From Oceanispirochaeta sp. (GTDB taxonomy: Bacteria > Spirochaetota > Spirochaetia > DSM-2461), in NCBI GenBank assembly GCA_963666275.2, contig CAXXOA010000001.1:1056001-1120000 (forward strand): DNA of 64,000 nucleotides, given 5' to 3'. A model generated the notes under the pieces. It was not told where the DNA came from. It saw nothing but the letters and a program-made list of their open reading frames with translations, and did no database searches. Numbering within the stretch: the stretch's first letter is position 1; every line of letters starts with the position of its first letter. Of the stretch, positions 29,148 through 38,082 are shown piece by piece. The translations under genes were made by a program, and so were the position numbers.

Positions 29148-29163
29148 AGCAATGACTGTGCCA
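29148..29163 (-). promoter_or_regulatory. Sigma54 (-24/-12) promoter of hsp20
   Basis: TGGCAC-agtca-TTGCT, an exact consensus 44 bp upstream of the ATG. Confidence 0.8.
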
Positions 29164-29531
29164 AAATACATAAAGATATTTTTAAATATTTACAATTTAT
29201 GGAAATAAATGATTTTAAAAAAGAAATTCGTCTCTATTGCTTCTCAAAGGATACGATCTCCTGGCCGCTTGTTCCCCCCAGAGAGGCCGCAATGTGTCAA
29301 ATTGACCCTAACAAGGGAAAATCTGCCGATTCGGATGTATCATTTTTGCTGATACCAGGGAAATCCGGAGGGAGTTCTGTCTGAGAACGGGGATATGACT
29401 CCCCTGAAACAGGTCTGTTGCCCGCCGCTGAGGTTCCGGGAATCCTGAAAAACGGATTTTTTTTTAAAAGAGTGACCCCCGGAGCTTTATCCTATTAACG
29501 GTTTTTCAGTTTTTTTATATTATAGGGCATT

Positions 29532-30146
29532 ATGAAATACCAGGTAAAACAGGATATGCACATTCACACCGTCTACTCTTCAGGCGATCGAGCTGTGGTT
29601 CCCCAGCAGACCATGTCTCTTATTGATGAAATCGATCATGCGGAAATCCGGGGGATCAGTGATCATTTCGAGTATCTGGAGGGGCCGGTGTTCGAAACCT
29701 ACAGGGAGGAAGCCCACTCCCTGGGATTTTACTGCGGCTGTGAAGTCAATGACAGCAGCGACGCCATCAGAGCGACAGAATATCCCTTCGACTACTACAT
29801 CTATCATTGCAGAGACACTCTGTCGGAATACAACGGAGCGGAAATCCTTCTCAATACAGGTAAGCCCGTTATTATCTCCCATCCCATTGCCATCGGAGCG
29901 GATCTGAAGAAGGTGCCCACTGACTGTCTGATCGAGCTGAACAACCGCTATATCTGGAAGGCCGATTACATGAGTTATTTTACGCCCTTTCTGGAGCGTT
30001 TTCAGTTTGTCATCGGGTCGGATGCCCATCAGCCGAACTGGCTGAATCAGGTTGTGGCCCGCCATGCGGCGGAAAAGCTGGGGATCCGGGAAACTCTTGT
30101 TTTCCCCGGGCGTTACGGCAGCGAAGCCATATTGAAAAGGGCCTGA
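29532..30146 (+). CDS. PHP-domain phosphoesterase
   Basis: DMHIHTVYS, ISDH, SHP, GSDAH. Confidence 0.85.
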   Translation: MKYQVKQDMHIHTVYSSGDRAVVPQQTMSLIDEIDHAEIRGISDHFEYLEGPVFETYREEAHSLGFYCGCEVNDSSDAIRATEYPFDYYIYHCRDTLSEYNGAEILLNTGKPVIISHPIAIGADLKKVPTDCLIELNNRYIWKADYMSYFTPFLERFQFVIGSDAHQPNWLNQVVARHAAEKLGIRETLVFPGRYGSEAILKRA

Positions 30147-30233
30147 AACCCCTTCTATTCACAAACACCCAGCCTTTGAATATAATTTATCTATAAGGGA
30201 AGACTCTCCGCTTAAGGGGAGAAGGAGCAGGGA

Positions 30234-31526
30234 ATGAGCATCAGAGAAAGGGCTATAGAAGCCAGAAAAGCATCTCTCAGGCTGGCGGCACTGGACGGAC
30301 AGACCAAGAACCGGGCCCTGGAAAGTATGGCAAAGGGACTGGAGGACCGGAAGGACGAGATTATCCGGGCCAACAGAGAAGACTATGAACGAAGTGAAAA
30401 AGAGAATGTCCCCGCTCCTCTTCTGAAAAGGCTTAAATTCGAAGGCGACAAGATTACGCAGGTCATTGAAGGGATCCTCAGTCTCAGGGATCTGGATGAA
30501 CCCGTAGGGCAGACCCTTCTGGCCACAGAGCTGGACGATGACCTTGAACTGTACAGGATCAGCTGTCCTATCGGGGTGGTGGGGATCATATTCGAATCCC
30601 GTCCGGATGCTCTGGTTCAGATCTCCTCTCTCTGCCTGAAGAGCGGCAATGCCCTCCTGCTGAAGGGGGGATCCGAAGCGGCTCGGACAAACCGAATCCT
30701 TGCGGAGATCATCAGCCGGGCGACGGTTGATGCGGGAATTCCCGAGGGCTGGATTCAGCTTGTGGAAACCCGCTCCGATGTGAACGAGATGTTCAAGCTG
30801 AGTGAACAGATCGACCTGCTGATCCCCAGGGGCTCCAATGCCTTTGTCAAATATATCATGGACAATTCCAGCATCCCCGTGCTGGGGCATTCGGACGGCG
30901 TCTGCCATATCTTTGTGCATAAAGATGCGGATCCTGAAAAAGTGGTTCCCATCGTGGTGGATTCCAAAACCCAGTATGTTGCTGCCTGCAACACTCTGGA
31001 AACACTCCTTGTCCATAAGGATTCGATCTCTCTTCTGCCGGCCATAAGGAAGGCTCTGGAGGAAAAGAACGTAGAGCTCTGCGGTTGTGAAAGAACAAGA
31101 GAGGTGATTGATATTGCTCCGGCCGGTGAAGAAGACTGGTCAACCGAGTATGTGGACTATAAACTCTCCATCAGGGTCGTCGATTCCATGGAGGAGGCGG
31201 TCCAGCATATCAATACCTACGGTTCCAGGCACACCGATGCCATCCTGACGGAAAACCGGGAGGATGCGGCTTTCTTTATGGATCAGGTCGATGCCGCCAG
31301 TGTCTTCTGGAACTGTTCCACCAGGTTCAGCGACGGTTTCCGTTACGGATTCGGGGCGGAAATCGGAATCAGTACCAGTAAAATCCATGCCAGAGGTCCT
31401 GTAGGGCTGGAGGGACTCCTGATCTACAAGTACAAAGTTCTGGGAAACGGTCAGACCGTTGCCATGTACAGCAGCAGGGAAAAAACCTTCAAGCACAATC
31501 CTCTGAACAGGGATTGTCCCCTTTAA
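30234..31526 (+). CDS. proA: Gamma-glutamyl phosphate reductase
   Basis: IFESRP, LKSGNALLLKGGSEA, ACNTLETLL, STRFSDGFRYGFGAEIGIST.KIHARGP. Confidence 0.96.
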   Translation: MSIRERAIEARKASLRLAALDGQTKNRALESMAKGLEDRKDEIIRANREDYERSEKENVPAPLLKRLKFEGDKITQVIEGILSLRDLDEPVGQTLLATELDDDLELYRISCPIGVVGIIFESRPDALVQISSLCLKSGNALLLKGGSEAARTNRILAEIISRATVDAGIPEGWIQLVETRSDVNEMFKLSEQIDLLIPRGSNAFVKYIMDNSSIPVLGHSDGVCHIFVHKDADPEKVVPIVVDSKTQYVAACNTLETLLVHKDSISLLPAIRKALEEKNVELCGCERTREVIDIAPAGEEDWSTEYVDYKLSIRVVDSMEEAVQHINTYGSRHTDAILTENREDAAFFMDQVDAASVFWNCSTRFSDGFRYGFGAEIGISTSKIHARGPVGLEGLLIYKYKVLGNGQTVAMYSSREKTFKHNPLNRDCPL

Positions 31527-31726
31527 ACCGTATTTTTATTCAAAAATCAGGGGTACATCTGCAGGAAAAGGGAATGTCCTGTCTCATTATGAAAAATGAT
31601 TTTCCTTTTCCTCCCGCCCTTGGTATAATAATTGGACATCAGAAAGAGACGATTTCACTATAAAGGGTGGATTCTCACTATCCCCCTCAAGACCCGCCGC
31701 CCGGATAGAGTTCAGAATCCGGGAAT

Positions 31727-33412
31727 ATGAAGGAGAACAGCATGAACAGTAAACCCTGGGATTTTCTGGATGAATATAAAGGAACTTTTTTCAAAGGGGA
31801 GTGGCCGACACTGCCGGAAGTATTGAAAATAACCGTGGACCGGTATCCTAAAAGAAGAGCTTTTACAGCTTTTTCACCTGCCCTCCTTGAGTTCAATTAC
31901 AGCGAGGTCCTGGAAAAATCGGAAATGCTCGGTCAGTATCTTCACTCCCTGGGTGTGAAGAAGGGAGACCGGGTAGGGGTTACAGGCAAGAACTCTCCCG
32001 AATGGGCCCTGGCCTATCTGGGTATCCTTTTTGCGGGAGCTACGGTTGTTCCTCTGGATTACGGCCTGAAAAGTAAAGAAATTCAGGGGCTGATGGAGGT
32101 GGCTGATGTTTCCATCCTTTTCTGCGATGAGGAAAAATATGACTTTTTCAAAGATCTGAACCTGAAAGAGCTTATCAGTCTGACTCCGAAAAAAGATCAT
32201 TACATCCTGGATATCCAGTGCGATGCCAGTGAGGAGATTGAACTCCCCGGAGAGAAGGACCTGGCGGCGATTCTCTTTACATCGGGAACCACCGGTGTGG
32301 CCAAAGGGGTTATGCTGACTCATCAGAACTTCATAAGCGATGCCTATCAGGCCCAGGCGCATATGAATATCTATCATACCGATGTTTTCTATGCCCTCCT
32401 TCCGCTTCATCACTCCTATTCCATGCTGGCTGTTTTTATTGAGTCTGTCTGTGTGGGAGCCGAAGTGGTTTTTGCCAAGGCTCTGGCGATCCAGCAGATT
32501 CTGAAGGATCTGAAGAAAGGCAAGGTTACCATGTTCCTGGGTATTCCCATGCTCTTCAATAAGCTTATCAAGGGCCTTATGAAGGGGATCCGGGAAAAAG
32601 GGGTGGTCGTGTATGGAATCATCCGTTTCCTTATGGCTGTCAGCGGACTGATCAAGAAGACTTTCCATGTGAACCCCGGTAAAGTCATGTTCAAGGGGCT
32701 CCTCAAAAAAGTATCCCTTGATACAAACCGGATCTGTATCTGCGGAGGCGGTCCTCTCCCCGCCTCGACCTTTAAAATGTTCAATCAGCTGGGAATTGAC
32801 TTTGTTCAGGGCTACGGCCTTACAGAAACATCCCCGATTGTGGCTCTGAATCCCAAGGAAGCCTACAAAGAGGAGTCTGTGGGTAAGATGATTCCCGGTA
32901 CGGAAACTAAAATCCTTGATCCCGATGAACACGGAAACGGTGAGATCGCCGTCCGCGGTTCCATGATAATGCAGGGATACTATAAAAATGAGGAAGCCAC
33001 CTGGGAAGTCCTTATGGACGACGGATTTCTCAAAACCGGTGATGTGGGCTATCTGGACAGTGACAACTACCTCTATCTGACAGGCCGGGCCAAATCCATG
33101 ATCGTAACAGAGGGAGGAAAAAATGTCTTCCCCGAAGAGATCGAAGACAAGTTTCAGCTCTATGATGAAGTGGAGCAGATCCTGGTCAGAGGGTTCCTGC
33201 TGGATGAGAAGATGAAAGTAGAGGGCATTGAAGCTCTTATCTATCCTGCGGAAGACTGCAGCGATAAAAGTGAAGCCCACTTTCAGAAAATCATAGAAGA
33301 GGTGAATCACGAACTGAAACCCTATCAGAAGATTCACCGTCTCAAAGTCCTGGAGGAACCAATGGAAATGACCACCACCAGGAAAATTAAAAGATTTGCT
33401 GTAAAAGAATAA
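31727..33412 (+). CDS. Long-chain acyl-CoA synthetase / AMP-binding protein
   Basis: FTSGTTGVAKG, QGYGLTE, TGD, GGKNVFPEEIE. Start may be at 31742. Confidence 0.9.
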   Translation: MKENSMNSKPWDFLDEYKGTFFKGEWPTLPEVLKITVDRYPKRRAFTAFSPALLEFNYSEVLEKSEMLGQYLHSLGVKKGDRVGVTGKNSPEWALAYLGILFAGATVVPLDYGLKSKEIQGLMEVADVSILFCDEEKYDFFKDLNLKELISLTPKKDHYILDIQCDASEEIELPGEKDLAAILFTSGTTGVAKGVMLTHQNFISDAYQAQAHMNIYHTDVFYALLPLHHSYSMLAVFIESVCVGAEVVFAKALAIQQILKDLKKGKVTMFLGIPMLFNKLIKGLMKGIREKGVVVYGIIRFLMAVSGLIKKTFHVNPGKVMFKGLLKKVSLDTNRICICGGGPLPASTFKMFNQLGIDFVQGYGLTETSPIVALNPKEAYKEESVGKMIPGTETKILDPDEHGNGEIAVRGSMIMQGYYKNEEATWEVLMDDGFLKTGDVGYLDSDNYLYLTGRAKSMIVTEGGKNVFPEEIEDKFQLYDEVEQILVRGFLLDEKMKVEGIEALIYPAEDCSDKSEAHFQKIIEEVNHELKPYQKIHRLKVLEEPMEMTTTRKIKRFAVKE

Positions 33413-33420
33413 GGAAATAT

Positions 33421-34203
33421 ATGAAACTGGAAATTTGCGACTCCAATGAGGCCCTTTATCAGAGGGTGGAGCGAGAAACAGGCAAACCTGTGCAGTGGGT
33501 TCAGGCAAAGGATATGCCCTCCATGGTGGAGGTCCGTCCAGCCCGAAAGGAGGATCCGGCTCATATCGTTTATATTTCCGAAGAGTTCCGGGAACCGGAA
33601 GGGCAGCATCTGATTGCCTGCAAGGGGTATCAGATTCTACGCATATTTTCGGAAAAAGAAAAAGACAGGATGGTACCTTCGGCTACCCGGGAGCATCTTA
33701 ACAATGCCCGTATGCGCCTGGCTTTGGATGTCTCGGAACGCCCTGATCTTTCCCGGGCTCTCAATGAAGAGGAAATCGTCAAAAGCTGGGTGTTCGGAGT
33801 GGTCAATCAGCTCCTCAGCCAGCCTGTGGATGTGTTCATTCAAAAAGCAGTGAAAGAGAATCACCCCGATCTGGAGGCCTCTCAGAATTCCGTTCTGGAA
33901 GGGCAGTTCCGGGATTTTCTCTCCGCCATGGGTGAAGAGGTCAGAATGTTCAGTCCTAAAACGGTTTACGACGCCTCTCTGATCATGAACGGTGTCTATC
34001 TCCATCTGCTGGACAGGCAGATCGGCAGTGATTTTATTTCCCGTCTGGAAGTTCTTCCCCAGAGACGGAGGATCGAACGGCTGGTGAAGGCCTCTCTGGA
34101 GGTTCTTGAGGACTCTCCGGCGGGAGACAGAAAGATGATTGAAACCTGGGCGGATTTTCTGCATATCCGGGACTGGTTCGAGTGGACCCCCTTCGAAAAA
34201 TGA
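33421..34203 (+). CDS. Hypothetical protein
   Basis: In operon with an AAGGA RBS; no motif recognised. Confidence 0.7.
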   Translation: MKLEICDSNEALYQRVERETGKPVQWVQAKDMPSMVEVRPARKEDPAHIVYISEEFREPEGQHLIACKGYQILRIFSEKEKDRMVPSATREHLNNARMRLALDVSERPDLSRALNEEEIVKSWVFGVVNQLLSQPVDVFIQKAVKENHPDLEASQNSVLEGQFRDFLSAMGEEVRMFSPKTVYDASLIMNGVYLHLLDRQIGSDFISRLEVLPQRRRIERLVKASLEVLEDSPAGDRKMIETWADFLHIRDWFEWTPFEK

Positions 34204-35129
34204 AATACCTGGTCAGTGCCTGTCTGGCAGGAGAACACTGCCGCTATGACGGTGCCGCCTGTACCAGTCCTCTGATCCTTGATCTTGTCCGCAAAGGAGA
34301 AGCTCTTCCGGTCTGTCCCGAACTTCTGGGTGGATTCAGTGTTCCCCGGAGTCCCTGCGAAATCCGGGGAGAGTCCGTTCTCACCCGGGAGGGGGAGGAT
34401 GTGACCGGGGCTTTCCTTCTCGGAGCGAAAGCGGCTCGGGACCGGGCCATTATGAACAGGATTCCTGCGGCAATTCTGAAAAACAACTGCCCCTCCTGCG
34501 GATTCGGATCTGTGTACGACGGGAGTTTTTCCGGCAGGAAAATCTCCGGACAGGGAATGACTGCAAAGGTTCTTTCCGGCTCAGGGCTCTTCCTTTTCAA
34601 CAGCGACTCCTTTGCCTTTTCCGACGGCACATGCCTTAAAAAAACCAGGGAGGCAGATTATCCTGACCTCATAGAGATATCCCGGGAATCCTTTCTGACA
34701 GATTCTACCGAACACTCCCCTCATACTCCCGGCGGCCCCGAAGGCTATGACAGCATCGATTGGCATAAAGAGGCGGCCAAGCGGGGGAAGCTCTTTACAG
34801 TTTTCCATCAGGGCAGGGTGGCGGGAGGTCTTTTTATCACCTTGAAATCCGATAAAACAGGGTGGATCAACAGAGTCTTTGTCCGCAATGATCTCAGAGG
34901 CCGGGGAATCGGCAGGCGGGTATTTTTCCTGCTGGAACAGAAATACTCCTCTATCCGGGAATGGGGACTGGACACTCCGGACTGGGCTGAGCATAATCAG
35001 AGATTCTATGAATCCATGGGGTACAGGATGACCAGAGAGATCTTTTCCAGAGAGGCGGGATTCTCTCTTATGGTTCTTCGTAGGAAGATGTTTATTCCGG
35101 CCCCGGAAAAGGTTGTTGAATCCAATTGA
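34200..35129 (+). CDS. DUF523 (2-thiouracil desulfurase-like) domain fused to a GNAT acetyltransferase
   Basis: LVSACLAG..CRYDG, CPE, CPSCG; C-terminal RGRGIG and FYESMGY. Confidence 0.82.
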   Translation: MKYLVSACLAGEHCRYDGAACTSPLILDLVRKGEALPVCPELLGGFSVPRSPCEIRGESVLTREGEDVTGAFLLGAKAARDRAIMNRIPAAILKNNCPSCGFGSVYDGSFSGRKISGQGMTAKVLSGSGLFLFNSDSFAFSDGTCLKKTREADYPDLIEISRESFLTDSTEHSPHTPGGPEGYDSIDWHKEAAKRGKLFTVFHQGRVAGGLFITLKSDKTGWINRVFVRNDLRGRGIGRRVFFLLEQKYSSIREWGLDTPDWAEHNQRFYESMGYRMTREIFSREAGFSLMVLRRKMFIPAPEKVVESN

Positions 35130-35689
35130 TGATTATTAAGGAACTTATTGTTGTAGAAGGGGCCGATGATGTGGCAGCTGTCAAAAAAGCGGTTCAGGCG
35201 GAGGTCCTTCCCGTTCACGGTTTTGCCGTCCGTTCAGGAGAAACTCTGGATAAAATCCGCTTTGCCAGTCAGAGAGTGGGTGTTATTGTTCTGACTGATC
35301 CCGATTATGCGGGCCGTCAGATCCGTGAAACCATTGAGAAAGCCGTTCCCAATGTTAAGCATGCCTATATATCCCGCAAGGAAGGGACCAGAGGAGATAA
35401 TATCGGAGTGGAGAATGCCACGTCCGAGGCGATACAGGCGGCTTTGAAGAAAGCCCGGTATAAGCTGGTGGAGAAACGGGAGGAGTTTACCCTCGGGGAC
35501 ATGGATTATTACGGCCTGTCCGGCGATGCGGGATCCCGGGAGCTCCGGAGAAAGCTGGGAGAACGGCTGAGGATCGGTTACGGAAATACCAAACAGTTCC
35601 TGGCCCGTCTGAATCACTACGATATCAGCCGGGAGGAACTTGAAGCCCTGATCCGGGAGCTGGCTCCCCCTACAGAGGATCGGGAATAA
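35129..35689 (+). CDS. rnmV: Ribonuclease M5
   Basis: Toprim IVVEGADD, LTDPDYAG, IGVENA, LRIGYGNTKQFLARLN. Confidence 0.93.
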   Translation: MIIKELIVVEGADDVAAVKKAVQAEVLPVHGFAVRSGETLDKIRFASQRVGVIVLTDPDYAGRQIRETIEKAVPNVKHAYISRKEGTRGDNIGVENATSEAIQAALKKARYKLVEKREEFTLGDMDYYGLSGDAGSRELRRKLGERLRIGYGNTKQFLARLNHYDISREELEALIRELAPPTEDRE

Positions 35690-36890
35690 CAGTTTCTTCC
35701 TGCTGATCCCGGGGGACTTCCTTCCCTCCTGAGAGCCTCTCCATAAACATGGCGGCAGCCAGGACTCCGAAATAGAGTGGGATCAGAGCAAAGGAGATCC
35801 TCAGATTTATCCTGTCTCCTATCAGGCCCATAAGCCAGCTAGTCACGGCAAACCCGGGAATACCCATGACCGAAAGAAGAATAAAGATCATTGTCGAGTC
35901 TCCCCGGATCCTGTCCACTCCGTAGGACTGCAGGCTGGGCCAGAAGCAGGCCACCGCCAGTCCCGCGGGAAACAGCAGGATAAACAGCCCTGTGAGCGAG
36001 CGGATATAAAAAAATCCGAAACTGATAAGAAGTCCCCCCAGAGCGGAAATCATGATCTGATGGTAGATATGCTTCTGCTTCACAAGCCCGCCGGCTATGC
36101 GCCCTGTTATCATCCCCGCCGCGAATATGGCTGTTCCCAGGGCTCCGGCCCGGGGTCCCGTATTATAGGTGAGCTGGATAAAACTGGCACTCCAGAAGGT
36201 GTAGGCTGATTCCGCTCCGCCTCCGCAGACCATTGCCAGCCCGAAAACCCAGAACCGCCTGTTTTTCAGTAGCTGCGAAGCATGATTCAGAGGATTTCCC
36301 CCGGGTCTGGCCGGAAGCATGCCCATGCGGGATGTTTTTATGGTACTCCCGAGAAACAGGAGGCACACCAGAAGGCACAGGGCTCCCAGGCCGAGGAATA
36401 TGTACCGCCAGGAGATCTGGGCAGTCAGAAGTTCTCCTACCGTCAGGACAGTTACCAGGACGCCGATGGAAAAAAAGGCATTCACAATATTCAGATAGGC
36501 TCCGGAATTCCGGGGATGGAGATCCTGTATGAGCGGATTGATAAGGGCCTCCAGGAGTCCTCCGCCGAGGCCGACAAACACCATCGCCAGAAGGATAAAG
36601 GAAAAGGACGGGGCCAGTCCGTAGAAGATCAGCCCTCCTGTTAAAAGAAGGCCACCGGCGGATAATACCGCGGCTTTCCCCCATCTGGCCGCGGCGATAC
36701 CGCTAATCAGCAGAATCAGAGTCAGAAGCAGGGCTCTGACGCTTTCAATGGACCCGCCCTCGGAAAGATTCAGGTTCAGCTCTTTAGAAAGGATCACCAG
36801 GCATACAGGTGTGGCCACGGCACTGGCCGCATAGACCGCAAGATAGGCGCAGGAACTGTAATCCAGCAGGGTCAGCTTCAGTTTTCTCAT
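35670..36890 (-). CDS. MFS transporter
   Basis: About 12 TM helices; resembles fucose/glucose permease-type MFS. Confidence 0.85.
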   Translation of the reverse strand: MRKLKLTLLDYSSCAYLAVYAASAVATPVCLVILSKELNLNLSEGGSIESVRALLLTLILLISGIAAARWGKAAVLSAGGLLLTGGLIFYGLAPSFSFILLAMVFVGLGGGLLEALINPLIQDLHPRNSGAYLNIVNAFFSIGVLVTVLTVGELLTAQISWRYIFLGLGALCLLVCLLFLGSTIKTSRMGMLPARPGGNPLNHASQLLKNRRFWVFGLAMVCGGGAESAYTFWSASFIQLTYNTGPRAGALGTAIFAAGMITGRIAGGLVKQKHIYHQIMISALGGLLISFGFFYIRSLTGLFILLFPAGLAVACFWPSLQSYGVDRIRGDSTMIFILLSVMGIPGFAVTSWLMGLIGDRINLRISFALIPLYFGVLAAAMFMERLSGGKEVPRDQQEETVIPDPL

Positions 36891-37016
36891 AAAAGAAATG
36901 TAGTTTATGATTCAGGAAGATGCAAGGGAGCAGGGGGGGAGAGGTCTATTTCGCAAAACAGAAGAATCTGTAGTTTTTTGAATATTTTAAATCTATAATG
37001 TAACCATGAGGCGTTT

Positions 37017-38063
37017 ATGAGAAATCTCACACTATCACTTCTGATACTCATGGCATTCGGTTTTGTTTCCTGCCGGGACAAAGACACCGCTGCTGAGGCG
37101 TCTCTTCCTGAAACTGTTTCAGAAAGACCGAAAGTCCTTTTTATCGACTCCTACCATGCCGAGTTTCCCTGGGTCATGTCTATTATGGAAGGCCTGTATG
37201 ATGTTTTTCAGATTGACCTGGATGCACAGGGAGAGCCTGTCAGTTCCACCGGCCTTGTGGAGCTGAAGATTTATCATATGGATACAAAAAGAAACAGCAG
37301 CCTGGAATTCATAGAAAATGCCGCACAGGAAGCCCGGGATCTTATCACTGAGTGGCAGCCCGGGATCGTCATAGCCAGTGATGATAATGCTTCAAAATAC
37401 CTGATTGCCCCCTATTACCTGGGCCGGTCTCTCCCCTTTGTTTTCTGCGGTGTCAACTGGGATGCTTCGGAGTATGGATTTCCTGCGGAGAATGTCACAG
37501 GGATCCTGGAGGTACAGCTGATTGATCAGCTTGTAAAGGAGCTCTCCCTGTATAGCCGGGGGGATTCTATCGGTTTTCTGAAAGGAGACTCCCTTACGGC
37601 CCGGAAAGAGGGCAGTGAATTTGAAAAGCTTCTGGGAAGGGAGATTGTACAGGCCTATGCCAGGGATTACGAAGACTGGGAGTCTCTCTACAGGCAGCTT
37701 CAGAAACAGGTGGATATCCTCCTTGTGGGCCACCTCGAAGCCCTTCCGGACTGGGACCGGGATATGGACAAGCTTTCGGATTTTATGATTGAAAATACAG
37801 AGATCCCCACAGGATCCTGGGACCCCTGGTTCAGTCCCATGGTGCTTGTCACCTATGCGCAGATGGGGGAAGAGCAGGGGCGCTGGTCAGCGGAAACAGC
37901 CCTGAAGATCCTTTCCGGTCTGTCTCCCCGGGAGATCCCCATCGCCAGAAATAAACAGGCAGCGGTCTATCTGAATATGGATCTGGCAAAGAAGCTGGGG
38001 ATTAAATTCCCTCAGGAGCTGATCGAAAGGTCCCATCTTGTCAGTAGAGACAGCGGGAACTGA
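37017..38063 (+). CDS. ABC-substrate-binding-like lipoprotein (probable sensor partner of the kinase)
   Basis: Lipobox FVSC, FIDSYH, MDTKR, SDDNA, FVFCGVN. Confidence 0.8.
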   Translation: MRNLTLSLLILMAFGFVSCRDKDTAAEASLPETVSERPKVLFIDSYHAEFPWVMSIMEGLYDVFQIDLDAQGEPVSSTGLVELKIYHMDTKRNSSLEFIENAAQEARDLITEWQPGIVIASDDNASKYLIAPYYLGRSLPFVFCGVNWDASEYGFPAENVTGILEVQLIDQLVKELSLYSRGDSIGFLKGDSLTARKEGSEFEKLLGREIVQAYARDYEDWESLYRQLQKQVDILLVGHLEALPDWDRDMDKLSDFMIENTEIPTGSWDPWFSPMVLVTYAQMGEEQGRWSAETALKILSGLSPREIPIARNKQAAVYLNMDLAKKLGIKFPQELIERSHLVSRDSGN

Positions 38064-38082
38064 GAGATAGCCGGGAGACGGA

